Assembly: GCA_016748015.1 (NCBI GenBank)
Contig: JAAOMT010000675.1
Coordinates: 310,001 to 374,000 of the forward strand
Source: Geosiphon pyriformis uo1
Lineage: Eukaryota; Fungi; Glomeromycota
DNA: 64,000 nt
Direction: 5' to 3'
The notes under the pieces were generated by a model. It searched no databases. It was not told the origin of the DNA and saw nothing but the letters and a program-made list of their open reading frames with translations. This document shows, one piece after another, positions 26,128 to 39,800 of the stretch. A program made the position numbers and the translations under genes. How positions within the stretch are numbered: position 1 is the stretch's first letter; the number at the start of each line of letters is the position of its first letter.

Positions 26128-26573
26128 AGCCACAAATATAGATGTGTCCAGAGAAATAGTGATAAAAACAAAAGGGAAAAGGTATAAAGGAAATGTATTT
26201 CTTTGGCAGAATAACTTTGCTTTCGGTGTGGCCAGGGAATTGACAAGAGAAAGATATTACAGTATATAGTGTTTTAAAATAATTAAAAATACAAAATTAA
26301 TAAGATTAATAATTAAAAAAACAAAATTAATTAAATTATAAAATAAATTAAAATTAATTATTAAAACTAGTAAAATTAACAATTTTTTTATATGTTATTT
26401 TTTGTTTGTAATTATATTCAAAAATAATACTATTTAAATTAATAAAAATTATCTAATTACTTAAAAAATCTAAAACATAACAAGTTAAAGTTTTTGTTTA
26501 AATAATATTTTTATTAATAATAACGAAATAATAATTATTTTAATTAATTATAAATTAAAAGACTATAATTTAT

Positions 26574-28725
26574 ATTGTCAATTATAGAACCCAATTCAGT
26601 TTTGTTCCTATTAGTGTTTGTAATAAATAGAATACTATAATTCGCAGAGGCTTGAAATCTAAGTTTGGTCTTCCACATGATTTTTCTACTGATGCAATTC
26701 ATTATTTCTTCTTGTATAGTTTAAAAACTTTTGAACAGATCTAGGCTGAGAGCAAATCAGCTTCCATTGTTTTTTTTGCAAATTTGTTAGGTATTTTAAA
26801 TTGGTTATTTTCTCATAGGTCACATGATCTTCAGGTTCTTAGCTGGTGTCCTTGCCACCCTTTGCAGTTTCTGGTTTGTATTAGAGTTAACCCCTCTGAC
26901 AATTTTTTGGCTGGTATGGTCCACATTTTTTCTGGATGTGATTTGTCTTTAGGCAGCTCTCTGACAAGTACATTTCATTATCGGAATGGTACTTCTATGT
27001 CTCTTGTTCTTGGAGAATCTGGTTATTTTAAGTATGTTTACTCTTTTCGGCAGTATGGGGTTGCTTTTGTAGACCAGCTGTGTGACAAGCATGGTAATAT
27101 TTTTGGTTAGCTGACCTTCAAGTGGTAGAAGCAACTGGACCCTTGTGGCCCTGTTTCTGTCTGGTTTAAGCTTTTGGTTCATTTTTTTGGTGGTGTAACT
27201 TTTCCTTCTGTTTGTTCCCTATCTTTGGATGTCTTCTCCAATGTCTTTTGATCTTATAATTTTGATGTCATTAGTGTTAATTTGTTGTATGTTAATGCTG
27301 CTCATCTTTTTGTGTATATGGATGGATCTCTGAATAGTCTGGGAACTCCTGGTATGATGGCTGGTGCTGCTGTTTTTTTTGAGGACATTGATTTGGGCCT
27401 GGGTGTTGGGGTTTCTGGTTTGGTTTTTTCTATAATGACAAAGTTGCAGGCTATTGCACTGGCTTTTGAGTGTATTCTTTCTTTCTGTTCTGTTGACTTG
27501 TTTTTAGACAGCCAGACTGCTCTGGACACATGCAAATCGGAGTCTGTGTTGGCTTGTCTGGATTTCAGGAATTGGTGCTGGATCGAGCATCACCATATTG
27601 TTAATGTCATTTGTCATAAGAATTTAGATGTGAATTGGATTAAAGTTAAAGATCATTCTGGTGTTTCTGGCAATGAACATGCTAATGCTCTAACCAGAGC
27701 TGCTGTTTTCTCTAATAGATATCTACCTTACATGGTCAGTGAACAATTTCTTCAAGCTAATAGTGCAATTGTCTCTGGTAATTTTCAGCATTTTGTTTGC
27801 AATATTTTTTATTTTATTTACTGTTCATGTTGGGAGGTTGGTTCCAGTTCCCATATTCTAACAGATAGCCTGCATGCTAATATTGATTGGTTCAGATCTT
27901 TTTTGGTGTGGCATCCTGATTTTCACTTGGCTGCTGGCTTTATCAGTGTACACACTGCTAACTTCTGTTTGTACTTTATGAAGGCATTGCATCACTATCT
28001 TCCTGTTTCAATACATAAGTGACTTTATAATAAGCATTATCCTAGTGTGGTGTGTTTATTCTGTAGGGATGTCAAAGTTTTGGACCATGTTTTTTCTTGT
28101 TCTTTTGATGCTGCTGATTGCACCTGCTTGATAGAAGCATATGTGTTAGCATAGGAGTCATGCTTGGATTTATCTCATTTTTCTTTTTGTGTATCACAGT
28201 TGTTGCATACTTGTGTTTCTAATATGGTTGTTGGTACTGCTTTGTGTAAAGGCTTTGTTTTCAATAATTGGTATCGTGAATCTGCTTCTATTTTTAAGAA
28301 CTCTAAAGTTGCAGCTCAGAATATTGTGTCCTTTGTGCACAAATTCTGTCTTGCTTTCCAGAATGATATTTGGCTGGTGCATGCCAAATACTAGGCTGTT
28401 ATGGAAAAGAGTGGCTTAATCCTGCCAGATGGTTCTGTTCCTGTCTCAGTTTCTGGTCTTCTGGTAGTGTTATTAGCTGGTGTGGTTAGGTTATTGGGTA
28501 TTGTTGATGCATTTGGTGTTAGTTTCGGGTTTCATAAGTTTTGTTTGTTTTTCTCAGGTATTGGGAACATGATCTCTGTTCATATAAATGCTTAGTGTTG
28601 TCTTGATTGGTCTAAGTGGCTGGTCACATGTAGCAAATGCATGATTTACACCTAGTTTAGATCATAAATGTGATGTATAGTACTAGGCCACATTTGGATT
28701 TCACTTATTAAAAAGAAAAAAAAAA
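26574..28725 (+). mobile_element. 5'-truncated, mutated LINE (copy B): end of RT, RNase H, zinc finger, 3' UTR, poly(A)
   Basis: Starts at IV.YRTQFS. RNase H YMDGSL...LDSQ...VKDHSGVSGNEHAN; 3' UTR homologous to A and C; A-tail at ~28710-28725; possible TSD aatttatat (26567-26575 / 28724-28732). Confidence 0.9.
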
Positions 28726-29145
28726 TTTATATATATTTGATACTTTTATTTTTATTATTAAATTTGATAATTATATTAATATATTAATATTTTTTGTTTA
28801 TCCAGAAATTAAATAAATTTAGTTTAAAAAAACTTTTAACAATATTAGGTTTTTTTAAGTTTGGTACTAAAAAAAACTATTTTAAAAAAACAGCTTAATT
28901 ATTTGGTTTTTGCAATTTTGTATTGTTATTAAAAAATTTTTATTTCTAATTATAATTATTTTATTAATAATTGCTTTTATATTGTTATTTAATTCTGTTA
29001 ATATAATGTTATTTACAAAGTATTTTTAAAAAATACTACAAATTAATATTAAATTCTAATTATTTAAATAATTACTTTTAATTTTAGTTATAAAAAGTTT
29101 TTAAATATAATAATTTAAGTTTTAAAAAGTTGTTACAAAATTTAG

Positions 29146-32100
29146 CTGCTTTCTCTTGTTAATCTTCTGATCATAATAAAAGCAATAATATATTCTTTGG
29201 AAACATTGCTTTGCTTTTTTTTTATTCTTTTTCCCTTTTATCTACCTAAATCATTTCTTCTGAATTGCCTCTCTTCTTTGTGATGAATCCAATGAGCTTG
29301 TCTGCTGGTGGTTCTGGTTTAGTTTTGGCTGGGTTGGAGTTTCAGTTTAGTAATAGTGATAAGAAAAAAGTATGTGTTAAAAGTGTATACTTTTACAATT
29401 TCTTATTCAAGAAAATGAAAAAATCTGGGGCTTTTAATGTCATGGTTGACTCATTGGCTGGACTTTTGTCTGCCAACATATTACAAGCCAATGGTGATAA
29501 GCATGCTAAATCTTGGGGCAGTGAAATGGACAGCAAAAATAACAATATAAGTGAAGTATTGGATATAGAGAACATGAAGAACATAGTTACTAAAGAAATG
29601 AGCTACATTGATTCCAACACTTCTGAAACAGATGATATGGTGGATAATACTACTCCAAAAATGATGTGTACTAGAACTTACGTCTTAGAAAAACTGCTGA
29701 AGGGGCCTTTTTTTGATGTTATGAGTAACAATAGTGCCGAATTGGTGTTTTCAGTGTCTAAATTTGTTGGTTTCAAAAAATTGCTATTAGTGGATTTGTG
29801 TGTTGAAGATGTCCAGAATTTTGATTCAAAAAAATCTTTTGCATTAGATGTTGAACTTTCTGCAATGTCTGGTAAAACCTTTGGTAATAAGTTATTGTGT
29901 CTTAAGAAAATTTTTTATCAAATAGATGGTTTTGGGGGAGTTTCCACTCCTTCAAAGTTTCCTGGGATTATCAAATCATTTTTTACTTCAAAATCTAGTT
30001 TAAATAAGGCAAGAGATTTGGCTATTAGTGAGAAAATTTTGGTCAATGATGAGGTAAGAAAAATAAACAATCATTCAGATCAGGAAGTAATAGTCAAGGA
30101 GATCCTAGTAAATCTTCTTAAATCAGCAGTTGTATTAGTTTTTTCTAAATTTGACAAGGTTGTATCAGTGAGAATACAGTTAATTGGTCTCTGACAAAAA
30201 GCTTGAATGAAGTTTGAGTTATCAGATGTGGCTAGCATGATTGCTGCCAAATGGTTAGTTCTCATGAGAAAAGATTCAGTAAGAGTGGCATTGGCTGTTG
30301 ATAATAAACAAATGTGGATATTAAGAGATCATTATAGGGCTTTGCTCTATACCTTGTCAATTGATACTACTGCACATGATTTATCTAAACTGTTAGCTTC
30401 TTATGATGGAAAAACATGTTTCATTGGCTGCAATCTAGTTTCATATGCTTGTGACAGATGTGCAGTGGTTTGTTTTAATAGTAAGGAATTGAAAAATAAT
30501 GCCATTGGTTCTTTGCCAGTTTTTAGGAGTGTGAATTTGAGATGGGTTGGTCTTTTTCTGGCTTGTTATGCTAAGTGTGACCAATTTGGCCATGTTTCTG
30601 ATGATTGTTTTGTGAGTGAAAATTCTAAAGCTCATGAGAAATAGGTGGTAATCTCTTAAAATCGGGTTCACTTGGCCAGTATATATAAAAAGAAGCAGGC
30701 ATCTATTGCTCATCCAGTTTTTTTTGGTGGTAAAACTTGGGCGCAGATTGTCAGCAGTTTTTCTTTTTATGTTGTTTCTTTATCTTCATTAAATGCGGAA
30801 GCAGTATTAGGTGTGAAAACCCTTTACACAGTTTCTGTTCCTTTTAATGTTTCTAGTTTTAATGATTGTTTGGCTTCTTTGGAATGCTCTCTGGAGCTTG
30901 TGGTGGACCAGGTTTCTAACATCTTGAAGAAACTGAGTTTTGTTGATTCAGTGCCCCTGCTTTCTGTTCCTTATGTGTCTCCTTTAATTGCTTCTGCTTC
31001 TTCAGTATTGGATTTGGTCTTGGATATGGTTTTAGATGGTGTATTGGTGCTGCTTATTTCTCTTCTTTCTGGTGTTAATGTTATATTCTCTGATTTCAGC
31101 CCCAGCAGTTCAAAAGTTCTAACCACCAAAGTATGTGAATTAGAGTCAAAGTTGGTGGCTTTGGAAGTGTCAATCCATTTAGTACTAGTTAGATTAGATC
31201 CTTTGGGCTCTGGTTTGGGTTCTCTGTCCTCTTATTCTTTCTAATGAGTGGTATGGTTTGAAGATTTGCCACTTGCAATATTCAAGGTATTAATGTACTT
31301 GCTAAGCAAAAGAATATTGTTCAGTGGCACTTGAGCTTGGATAATATGGTATCTTTTGTCATGGAAACTAAGTTATGTTCTAGTGTTAAATCTTGGATTG
31401 TCAATAAGTTTGATGGTGTGCGGATATTCACATATAGCATGGAAAAGAGTTATCTTGGTGCTAGTGTAGCTGTCATTATAAACAATTTCTTAGCTTGTTA
31501 CATTTTTAAGGTAGAAGAGATTCCAAGAAGGGTCATTTTAATGCAACTTCTGTTTAAAGACAAGCTCTCAATCACTGTCTTGGGTTTGTATGCTGGTGCT
31601 TCAGCTGGGGTTAGGTTTGATTAGGCTTCAGAGGTGAATTCTTTCATTGCTAAGACTATTAACTCTAGCACTTTCATAGTATTGGGTGGAGATTTTAATG
31701 AAAATAGTTCTGGGAGGAGTGTGAGTTTTAAGTTTTGTTTAAATTTGGGTTTAGTCAATTCTTTTGTGGGCCATTTTTTGGCCAAAACTGTTACATAGAA
31801 CAATTCAAAAGGGATTGAGAGAACTATTAACTACATTTTTGTTAATAGAAACTTGGCTTCAGCAGTTGTGGGTTATGTAATTGGCTCCATTTCCGGTTTT
31901 TTTGATACTGATCACAAGGCTGTCACAGTATCTATTGGTTTAAGTGGCCTCTTGGATGGCTATCTGAATAGTTTACATAAACAAACGAACAAAAATCATT
32001 GGAAATTCAATATTAAGGATGCAGATGGAACCAAGTGGGCTAAGTTTAGGAATTGTGCAGCTTCCAAGCTGTTATTGGCAGAGGACAAACTTTCTGATGC

Positions 32101-35100
32101 TGAGGCATATGGTAAAATAGATGATATGTGAGTTATTCTGAAGAAAGTAATAATGGAATTAGCTGATGAGATATTTTTGAGGCACTGGTTTAGTGAGTTT
32201 TAGTGTTTAAGAAACAGACAGTTTTCCAGGTTTTTTGGGTTAGAAATATTGGCTGCCAAAATTGTTAAGAAATTTAATTTTGGTAATGCTGTTGGAGTTG
32301 ATTGTCTCATAAAAACTTGGTCAATTTTGGATAAAGCCAATGTTTATGCTATCACAAACCTAGTTCTCTTAGATAATCATCTTGTGTCTATTTTCAAACA
32401 TTTGTTCTTGGTTCGTAAAAGTTATAGGAAGTTTAAAATACATGAATCAAGATTGGCTGAGGAAATGTCTATTAGGAAGATGATAGAGAAGCAAATAGAG
32501 AAGTTTTGTTCTGATAAAAGTAGAATGATTAAAAGTGTTCTAGACTGACTCTTTCGCAAAGTGGTATTGAACCACTTGATGGTAAATGATAAGCTGGTTA
32601 TGGAGCCAACCAAGGTTAAGTTTAGTGTGGATAAAATCATGGAGAATTGGACAAAAAAGTAAATAGTGCCTCTGGTCTTGCCCAATCTCTGGGTCTGTCA
32701 ATATGCACCTCTGGATTATGTGAGGAATAACACCTTTTCTGGTGTGATGCATTCTATTGGCTTGAGCAAATTGGTTTTGGTCATTGGTGGTTTACCTAAT
32801 GGAAAGGCTACAGGCTTATTTGGCATCCTTAATAAACTGTGGAAGCATAGTAGTGATACAGTAGTAGGTTGTCTGTTAAGACTACTGAATATGTGCTTGA
32901 ATATGAGTGGTGTGTCTGTTCTATAGAGAAAAGCATGAATATCAATGATTCCAAAACTCTATAACTGGGATGGAGTTTTTACAAACACTTGTTCTATTGC
33001 ATTAATTGAAACCCCAAGGAAAATTTTTTCTAAAGTTCTATCTAACCATATTTCATTTGCCTGTGGTAAATTTGGTGTCTTCCAAAATAATAACTTTTCA
33101 GTACTGAGAGGCACTTCTACACAATCTCCAGTGTTTGCTGTTGGATCTGTTATTGAAGATGCTTTTGAGAAAAACAAGGAAATTTGGTTGGTTTTACAAG
33201 ATATGCGAAAAGCTTATGATTCTGTTGATTGGTACTATCTGAGGGCTAGCTTGCTGTGGATTAAGATATGTGACAAATTTATAAAATTTTTTGGTAGTAT
33301 ACATAAGGATAAAATTAATAAGATTATGACTGATTTTGGTTTGTCTAATGGTTATAGGGTGTATGATAGATTAGATCAGGGTGAAGTCTTCTTATTTCTT
33401 CTCTGAAGAATATTTTATAATCCTCTTTTGTGTGAGATTAAGAAACATGAACAATTGTGTGAGTACTGGATTGGTACAAAGTTTGTTTCAAGATTAGAAA
33501 AAATTGAGAATAGCAATAGAATAACATCTCATTTTGCAGCTGGTATATTTGTTAATAACATGATTTGAGTAGAGAGCTATTAAGTGTCAATTCAGTATGC
33601 TTTGAACATTGTCAGTGAATTCTTTAATGTTAATGACATTTCAATTAACAATAATAAAATGGTCACTATCCTCATTAATCAAGGTGTTAAGATTGCTTCT
33701 TTGAGTATTCGTGGTCAGCTGATTTCGATCACCAAAAAAGGCAAAATGCATTATTATCTAGGAATTTTTTTGTCTACTGAGAGTCTGTTCAAGCTGAGTG
33801 TTGCCAAAGCTCATTCTGATATTTGTTTCTTTATTAATGTTGTGCTGAGAAAAGCTATTACTAATAAGCAGTTCTTATATTTAGTGTTAGCTGTCTTGCA
33901 GCCTATTATCAATTATTGGACTCAGTTCAGTTTTGTTTTATCAAATGTTTATTGCAAGTGGAATGCCATGATTAGGAAGAGTCTCAAACTTAAAACCTGT
34001 CTTCTTTGTGACTTTTCTGATGTGGCTTTACATTATCCTCTGTTGTATGGTCTAAAAATTTTCAAGCAGGTTCAGTCTGAGAATAAATTGGCTGCTGTGA
34101 TTTCTTTTTCTAATGCATTAGGCATTCTGGAATGCTTGTTTAATCATAAATTTTTGGATTTGCAGATTATGAGCTGGGCTTCTATGAATCCCTTGCAGTT
34201 TTTTGTCAGGTTACATGTTAGTTCTGTGAACAATTTTTTGGCTGGTGTAGTAAAAGTTTTTTTGTGCAACAAACTGTCTTTGGTGAATAACCTGCCAAAT
34301 GTCTTTCATAGTCCTGGTGTTTTTTCTATGTTACTGGTGTTAGAAGACACTCTTTACTTCAGTTCTGTACATTCTTTGAAGTGTTTTGGTATTATGTTTG
34401 GTAATAGACTGCTGGATAAAAAGAAGCATGTGATGGACTAGAAAACTTTTTGGTAGTGGAAAAGGCTTGATCTGAGAGGACCTGCTTCTTTTTGATTCAG
34501 ACAAACATCTTAGTTTCTAAATGATAGTGGCATTCTGTTACCTGATATTGCAAAACCTAGCCAGCTTCATGGTTTAAACATTTTGAATTCTTGGGAATTT
34601 TCTGTTGTGCAAAGTAGCTTGCATGAGATTTGGTCTAGTTTATTTGACATTTTCATGGATAGTTCAGTAAAAAATCTTGGCTCAGCTAATGTTATCAGTG
34701 GTACAGCTGTGTACTTTCTTGCTATAAATCTTAGTTTTGGGGTTGGAATTTGGGATTTGTTGTCTTTTACTTTGGCCAAGTTACAGGCCATTGCTTTGGC
34801 ACTAAAGTGTGTCTCATCTTTTTGTACAGTGGTGTTGCATACTAACAGTTAAGCTGCCATTGATGCTTGTGTATCTGAGATGTCTTCTGTTGTGCCCAAC
34901 TTCTATGTTTTATGTTGGGTGAAAAGGCATCACATTTTTAATTTGATTTATGAGAAAAATATTAATGTGAAATGAATAAAGATTAGAGGTCATTTTGGAA
35001 TTTGTGGCAATAAAAAAGCAGATGCTGTAGCTGGTAATGCTATGTGTTCTCAGTTTTCCTTGCCAGTAGGAGTGCAGGAACGTTTTTTGGTGGCTGAGAA

Positions 35101-36077
35101 CATGGTTGTGTCTGGCAATGCCTAGCATTTTGTTCATAATTTGTACAGATCTGTTTGTTGTGCTTGTTGAGAAGCTGGATCTGATCACAATGTTATTCCA
35201 AATGTATTGAGTGGAAGTGTTAACTGGGAAGCCACCTCAAGAGTGTGGCACCCTAATTTGCATATGCTTTTTGGGTTTACTAGTCAGAAGTCTTCTGCTT
35301 TACACTCATATTTGATGAAGACTGTGCACTGACAGCTTCCAGTAACAGTTAAGAAAAGATTGTATGATAAAAGTTATCCTAGTGTGCTGTGTTTGCTGTG
35401 CAGTGAAATAGAGCTGTCTGATCATGTTTTTTTGTGCACTTTAGATGTTGATGTTTAGGAGGAGATTCTGGCTGAAGCTTCTGCTTCATGGGTCTCTTTG
35501 GTAAGAGCTAGTACTTCATTTTCTTCTGCTGTTTTGTGGTTCTTTGGTCTTTGCTCTTTAGATATTGGTCTATACTTGATTGTGTATAAAAAGTTTGTTA
35601 TAAAAGATTGGTGTGCAGAAGCTGTTAGAGTTTTTGATAATAGAAAAGAGGCTGTGGACATTGTTGTTAATTATGTGAGGCATTTTGTTGAGTTATATTA
35701 TTTTAGAATCTGGGTGGTGAGGTCTAAGCATAAAATAGACATAAAAAGAGCTGGCTTGGTCAGAAATGGTGAGTTGGTATCAGGTTTGACGTGCTGTGTG
35801 GTACAGGTATTGTCAGATAGTGTGGTTAGAATGCTTGGCATTGCCGATTCTTTTACTGTTAGTTTTGGCTGTCATAGGTCTTGTCTTTTCTTTTCTAGGT
35901 TAGATTGTAATCTGTATATCATTATAAGTATGTAGTGTTGCCTTGTCTGGCCTGAGTGGCTAGCCACATGTAGCAAGTGTGTAAATTACATTTAGTTTGA
36001 GCTTTTTAGTATGGCTCTATATACTAGATAGTGGTTGAACTTCACTCATTAAATGTATTTAATAAAAAAATAAATAA
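29146..36077 (+). mobile_element. Full-length but multiply inactivated LINE (copy C); ORF1 ~29283-31247, ORF2 31244-35935
   Basis: Fragmented ORFs collinear with copy A, with many stop codons derived from TGG/CAA/CAG/CGA. Poly(A) tail and a degenerate TSD aaaaagttgtt..aaaat..ag (29124-29145 / 36078-36097). Confidence 0.93.
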
Positions 36078-36469
36078 AAAAAGTTGTTTAAAATCAGTTT
36101 AAAATTATTTTAATAATTATTTTTTGGTTTTATAAATTTAAAAATTCAATATTTTTTTAATAAATAATAATATTATTATTATTAACTAAAATTTAAATTA
36201 TAATTACTATTAAAAACAACCAAAAAATAAAAACAAAATTATTTAAAAAATACAAAATAATAAATATTATAGATTAAATATAATTCAAAAAGATTAATAT
36301 AATTTTAATATTATAGATTATTTTATAAATTTTGTTTTTACTAATATTAAAAATTATTATTATTATTATAATATTTTAATTTTTATATTTATATAGACTT
36401 ACAAACAGATAATATTTAATTATATTATAATATAAAAATTTTTGATAGAATTTTATATTTTGGTATTTT

Positions 36470-36833
36470 CTATAATAATGAAGTCTTTTTTCTCATGTTT
36501 GTTAAATATTAAATTGTATATACTGTTTTATAAGAGCTTTGTGCTTAATAATTAGTACTGTAAAACTATATAGATATTTGATAATTGGAAAGAAACTGTT
36601 TAGGTATTAATTAATTTTGTGTATAAGTTGGATAAATATTATTATTCTAATTTGTGAAGACTTAAATACAGAGTTGACATAGAAAAATATAATTTGGTTG
36701 GTAATAATAGAAAAATATAATTTAGTTGGTAATAATAGAATAATATCTAATGTGTTTTATACTTTGATATCAGGTTTTTCAGATAAAATGATCAAGATAA
36801 TTGGTATTAATAAGTTATTTGGTATTAATTTTG
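36470..36833 (+). mobile_element. Short decayed LINE ORF2 C-terminal fragment (copy E), fused directly to truncated copy D
   Basis: Back-translates to LYTVL.KGFVL..W...K...V..LVDFV...DMEK..LV...SGFSD.M...IGI...FG.NF, matching the ORF2 C-termini of A, B and C. Contains a 28-bp tandem duplication at ~36679-36734. Confidence 0.7.
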
Positions 36834-39800
36834 CTATCTACACTGGACTTCACCTCTTCAGGCAACAAAACCAGATCATCATCAACTATCAAGTGATCCA
36901 ACACAACCTTGCGAAAAGGCTTTTCCAACACACTCCTGATCATACTACTCTTATCCGAACAGAAATTATCCATGCGCTTCTTAATCGCCTTCTTAACCGA
37001 AGCTTCTTTAGCCAACCTTGACTCAAACATCTTCGACCTCTTGTAATCTCTGCAAACCAATGACAAATGCCTAACAACAACATCAGATTTAACACCCGAG
37101 CCAACCAAGTCCTTGAAAACACGAGCCTTCGCGTCATCCAGAGTCGACCATTTACTCACAAGACGATCAGCGCCCAGCAAGTCACCAGAGCAAAATTTCT
37201 TGACAATCTTGGCCACCAACAATTCCAAACCAAAAAACCTAGAAGAATGTTTGTTTCTCGAACACTTGAATTCACTAAACCAATGCCTCAAAAATGTCAT
37301 ATCAGCAGAATCCACCACAGCTCCCACCAAAACTGCCCACATAGCATCCACATCACCACGTATTTCGGCACCAGAGAACACCTCACCCAAAGACAAAAGT
37401 TTAGCTGATGAGAGATCCTTAAACTTAGCCCATCCAACACAGTCAGCATTTTTGATTTTGAACTTCCAACAATCCTTATTCGCCTGCTTGCACAAACTGT
37501 TCAATTGTACATCTAGAAGCCCACCCAAACTGACTGAAACTACAACAGCCTTGTGATTGGTGTCAAAAAAATCTGAAACAGAAACAACTTGATGGCCAGC
37601 AACAGCAGTAGACAAATTACTATCAACAAAAATGTAATCAATTGTTTTCCCAACCTCTCTCAAATTGCTCCATGTATAAGAATTAGCCAAATGATGACCA
37701 ACAAATGAATTGACCAAACCTAAACTCAAACAAAACTTGAAACTAGCACTTTTACCAGATCCATTCTCATTAAGGTCCCCACCCAAGATAACAAAATTGC
37801 TGGAGTTGACCGCCTTTGCAATGAGGGTGTTAACTTCAGAAGCCTGACCAAATCTAGCCCCAGAGGAGGCACCAGCATACAACCCCAAAACAGTAACCAA
37901 AAGCTTGCCCTTAAACAGGAGCCGAACAGAAATAACCCGACCAGGAATCTCCTCCACCTTAGATACATGATGGGCCAAAGAAGTGTTCATAACAATTGCA
38001 ACCCCAGCACCCATGAAACCCTTATCCAAGCCAGAAGAAAATATTCGCACTCCATCAAATTTATCCTTTATCCACGGCCCAGAAGAGGACCTCAACTTAG
38101 TCTCAGTGATAAAAGAAACCATATTTCCTGAGCTCACATGCCAACGAACAACATCCACTTGTTTCGCAGGAACATTGATACCCTGAATGTTGCACATAGC
38201 AAATTTCCAAACCAAACTACTCATTGAGATAAAAGAAAAGCCGACGAACCCGATCTAGAACGCAGATGATCTAATCTATCCAAGACTGAGTGAACTGAAG
38301 CCTCAAAAGCCATTATATTCGACTCCAAACCGCCAATCTTGGCAGTCAAAACCTTAGAACTGCTCGGACTAAAATCAACAACTGACCCACCAACATTGGG
38401 AGAAGAAGAAACAGACGACAACAACATGCTATCCAACTCCAAACCTGAGTCCATATCTGAAACAATGGCAGTTGGAGACACCAAAGGAAGAGCTGAGGGA
38501 GAAGGTGCCAATGGCACCAAGTCAATGAAACTTAATTTCTTTAAAATGAGTGAGACTTGGTCCACGAGAATTTCCACGGAGCGTTCCAGCACAGCTAGGC
38601 GACCACCTAAATCAGCGGCACCAGACGAGGAGGAATCCATTAAGAAAGCCTTCGAACCAGAGACCAAACTGACACCAGGAGCACCCGAAGAGACAACACG
38701 AGAGGGAGAACAGCCTGCCACTTGGGCCCATGTCTTTCCACCAAAAGAAACTGGACGAGCGACAGGGGCCAACTTCTTCTTATATATCCCAGCTAGACGA
38801 ACCCGATCTTGCTCAGAAACCACCCTCCTTCCCCAAACACCAGAATACTCACCCAAGGAACAGTTGACCGAAACATGACTGAATTGTTTACAATGAGCAC
38901 AACTGGCCAAAGAAAGACCAGCCCAATGCAAACTCACATTTCTGAAAACTGGAACAGTACCAATAGCAGCCAACTTGGATGCCTCATCACCAAAACAAAT
39001 TACAGCACATCTATTATGAACATATGAACTAGGGTTACGGCCGATATAACAAGTCTTCTCACCATATGATTCCAACAAACTGGAGAAATCATGAGCATTG
39101 GTGCCAACTGGAAGAGTATAGAGCAAAGCCCAATGCTAATCCTTCAATACCCACGTTTGTTTATCAATATTTGCCTTTGCCATGTGGACAGAATCTTTTC
39201 CCATGAGCACAGACTATCTAGTTGCGACCAAATCAGCCATCTCAGATGATTCATATTCCACCAGGGCCTTTTGCCAAGACCAATAAGCTGCACTTTAATT
39301 GAAACAATCTTGCTAAACTTGGAGAACACTGCCTCAATTGCCGATTTGGGAAGATCTACTGGGATTTTCTTGACGATCACCTTCCAATCTAAATGGCTGT
39401 TTACTTTTCTTAGATCATCATTTACCAATATTTTTTCACTGATTGCCATTTCCCTCGCCTTAAACAAACTTTTTTCAGATGTAAATAATGACCTTATTAT
39501 TCCAGGAAATTTTGAGGGAGTCGAAACCCCCCCAAAACCATCAACCTGATAAAAAATTTTTTTCACACAAACCAACTTATTACCAATAGTTTTGCCAGGA
39601 ATGGCAGACAGCTCAATATCCAATGCAAACGATTTTGACGAAATAAAACTCCATTTCTCCGGAACACATGACCCGACTGGAAGAAGGCGATTGGACCCAC
39701 AAAATTTAGGACTCGGAAGAGGCAGAGTGTCTTCACCATCACTTAGCACGTTGAAAGAGAGAGGTGGCGGCTTACTGTTCAGAACATAGATGCAAGTATG

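Larger units (their letters stand above)
19522..26255 (-). mobile_element. Near-intact full-length non-LTR retrotransposon (LINE copy A) with RNase H
   Basis: Pyrimidine-rich 5' UTR, ORF1 and ORF2 overlapping by ATGA, ~125-nt 3' UTR shared with copies B and C, and a (TAA)n tail at 19522-19536. Confidence 0.95.

Noticed and set aside
19514-26285. 12-bp TSD ttaaaataatta around LINE A
   Set aside because: Pure A/T word in A/T-rich flanks, offset ~18 bp from the conserved 5' motif; cannot be distinguished from chance.
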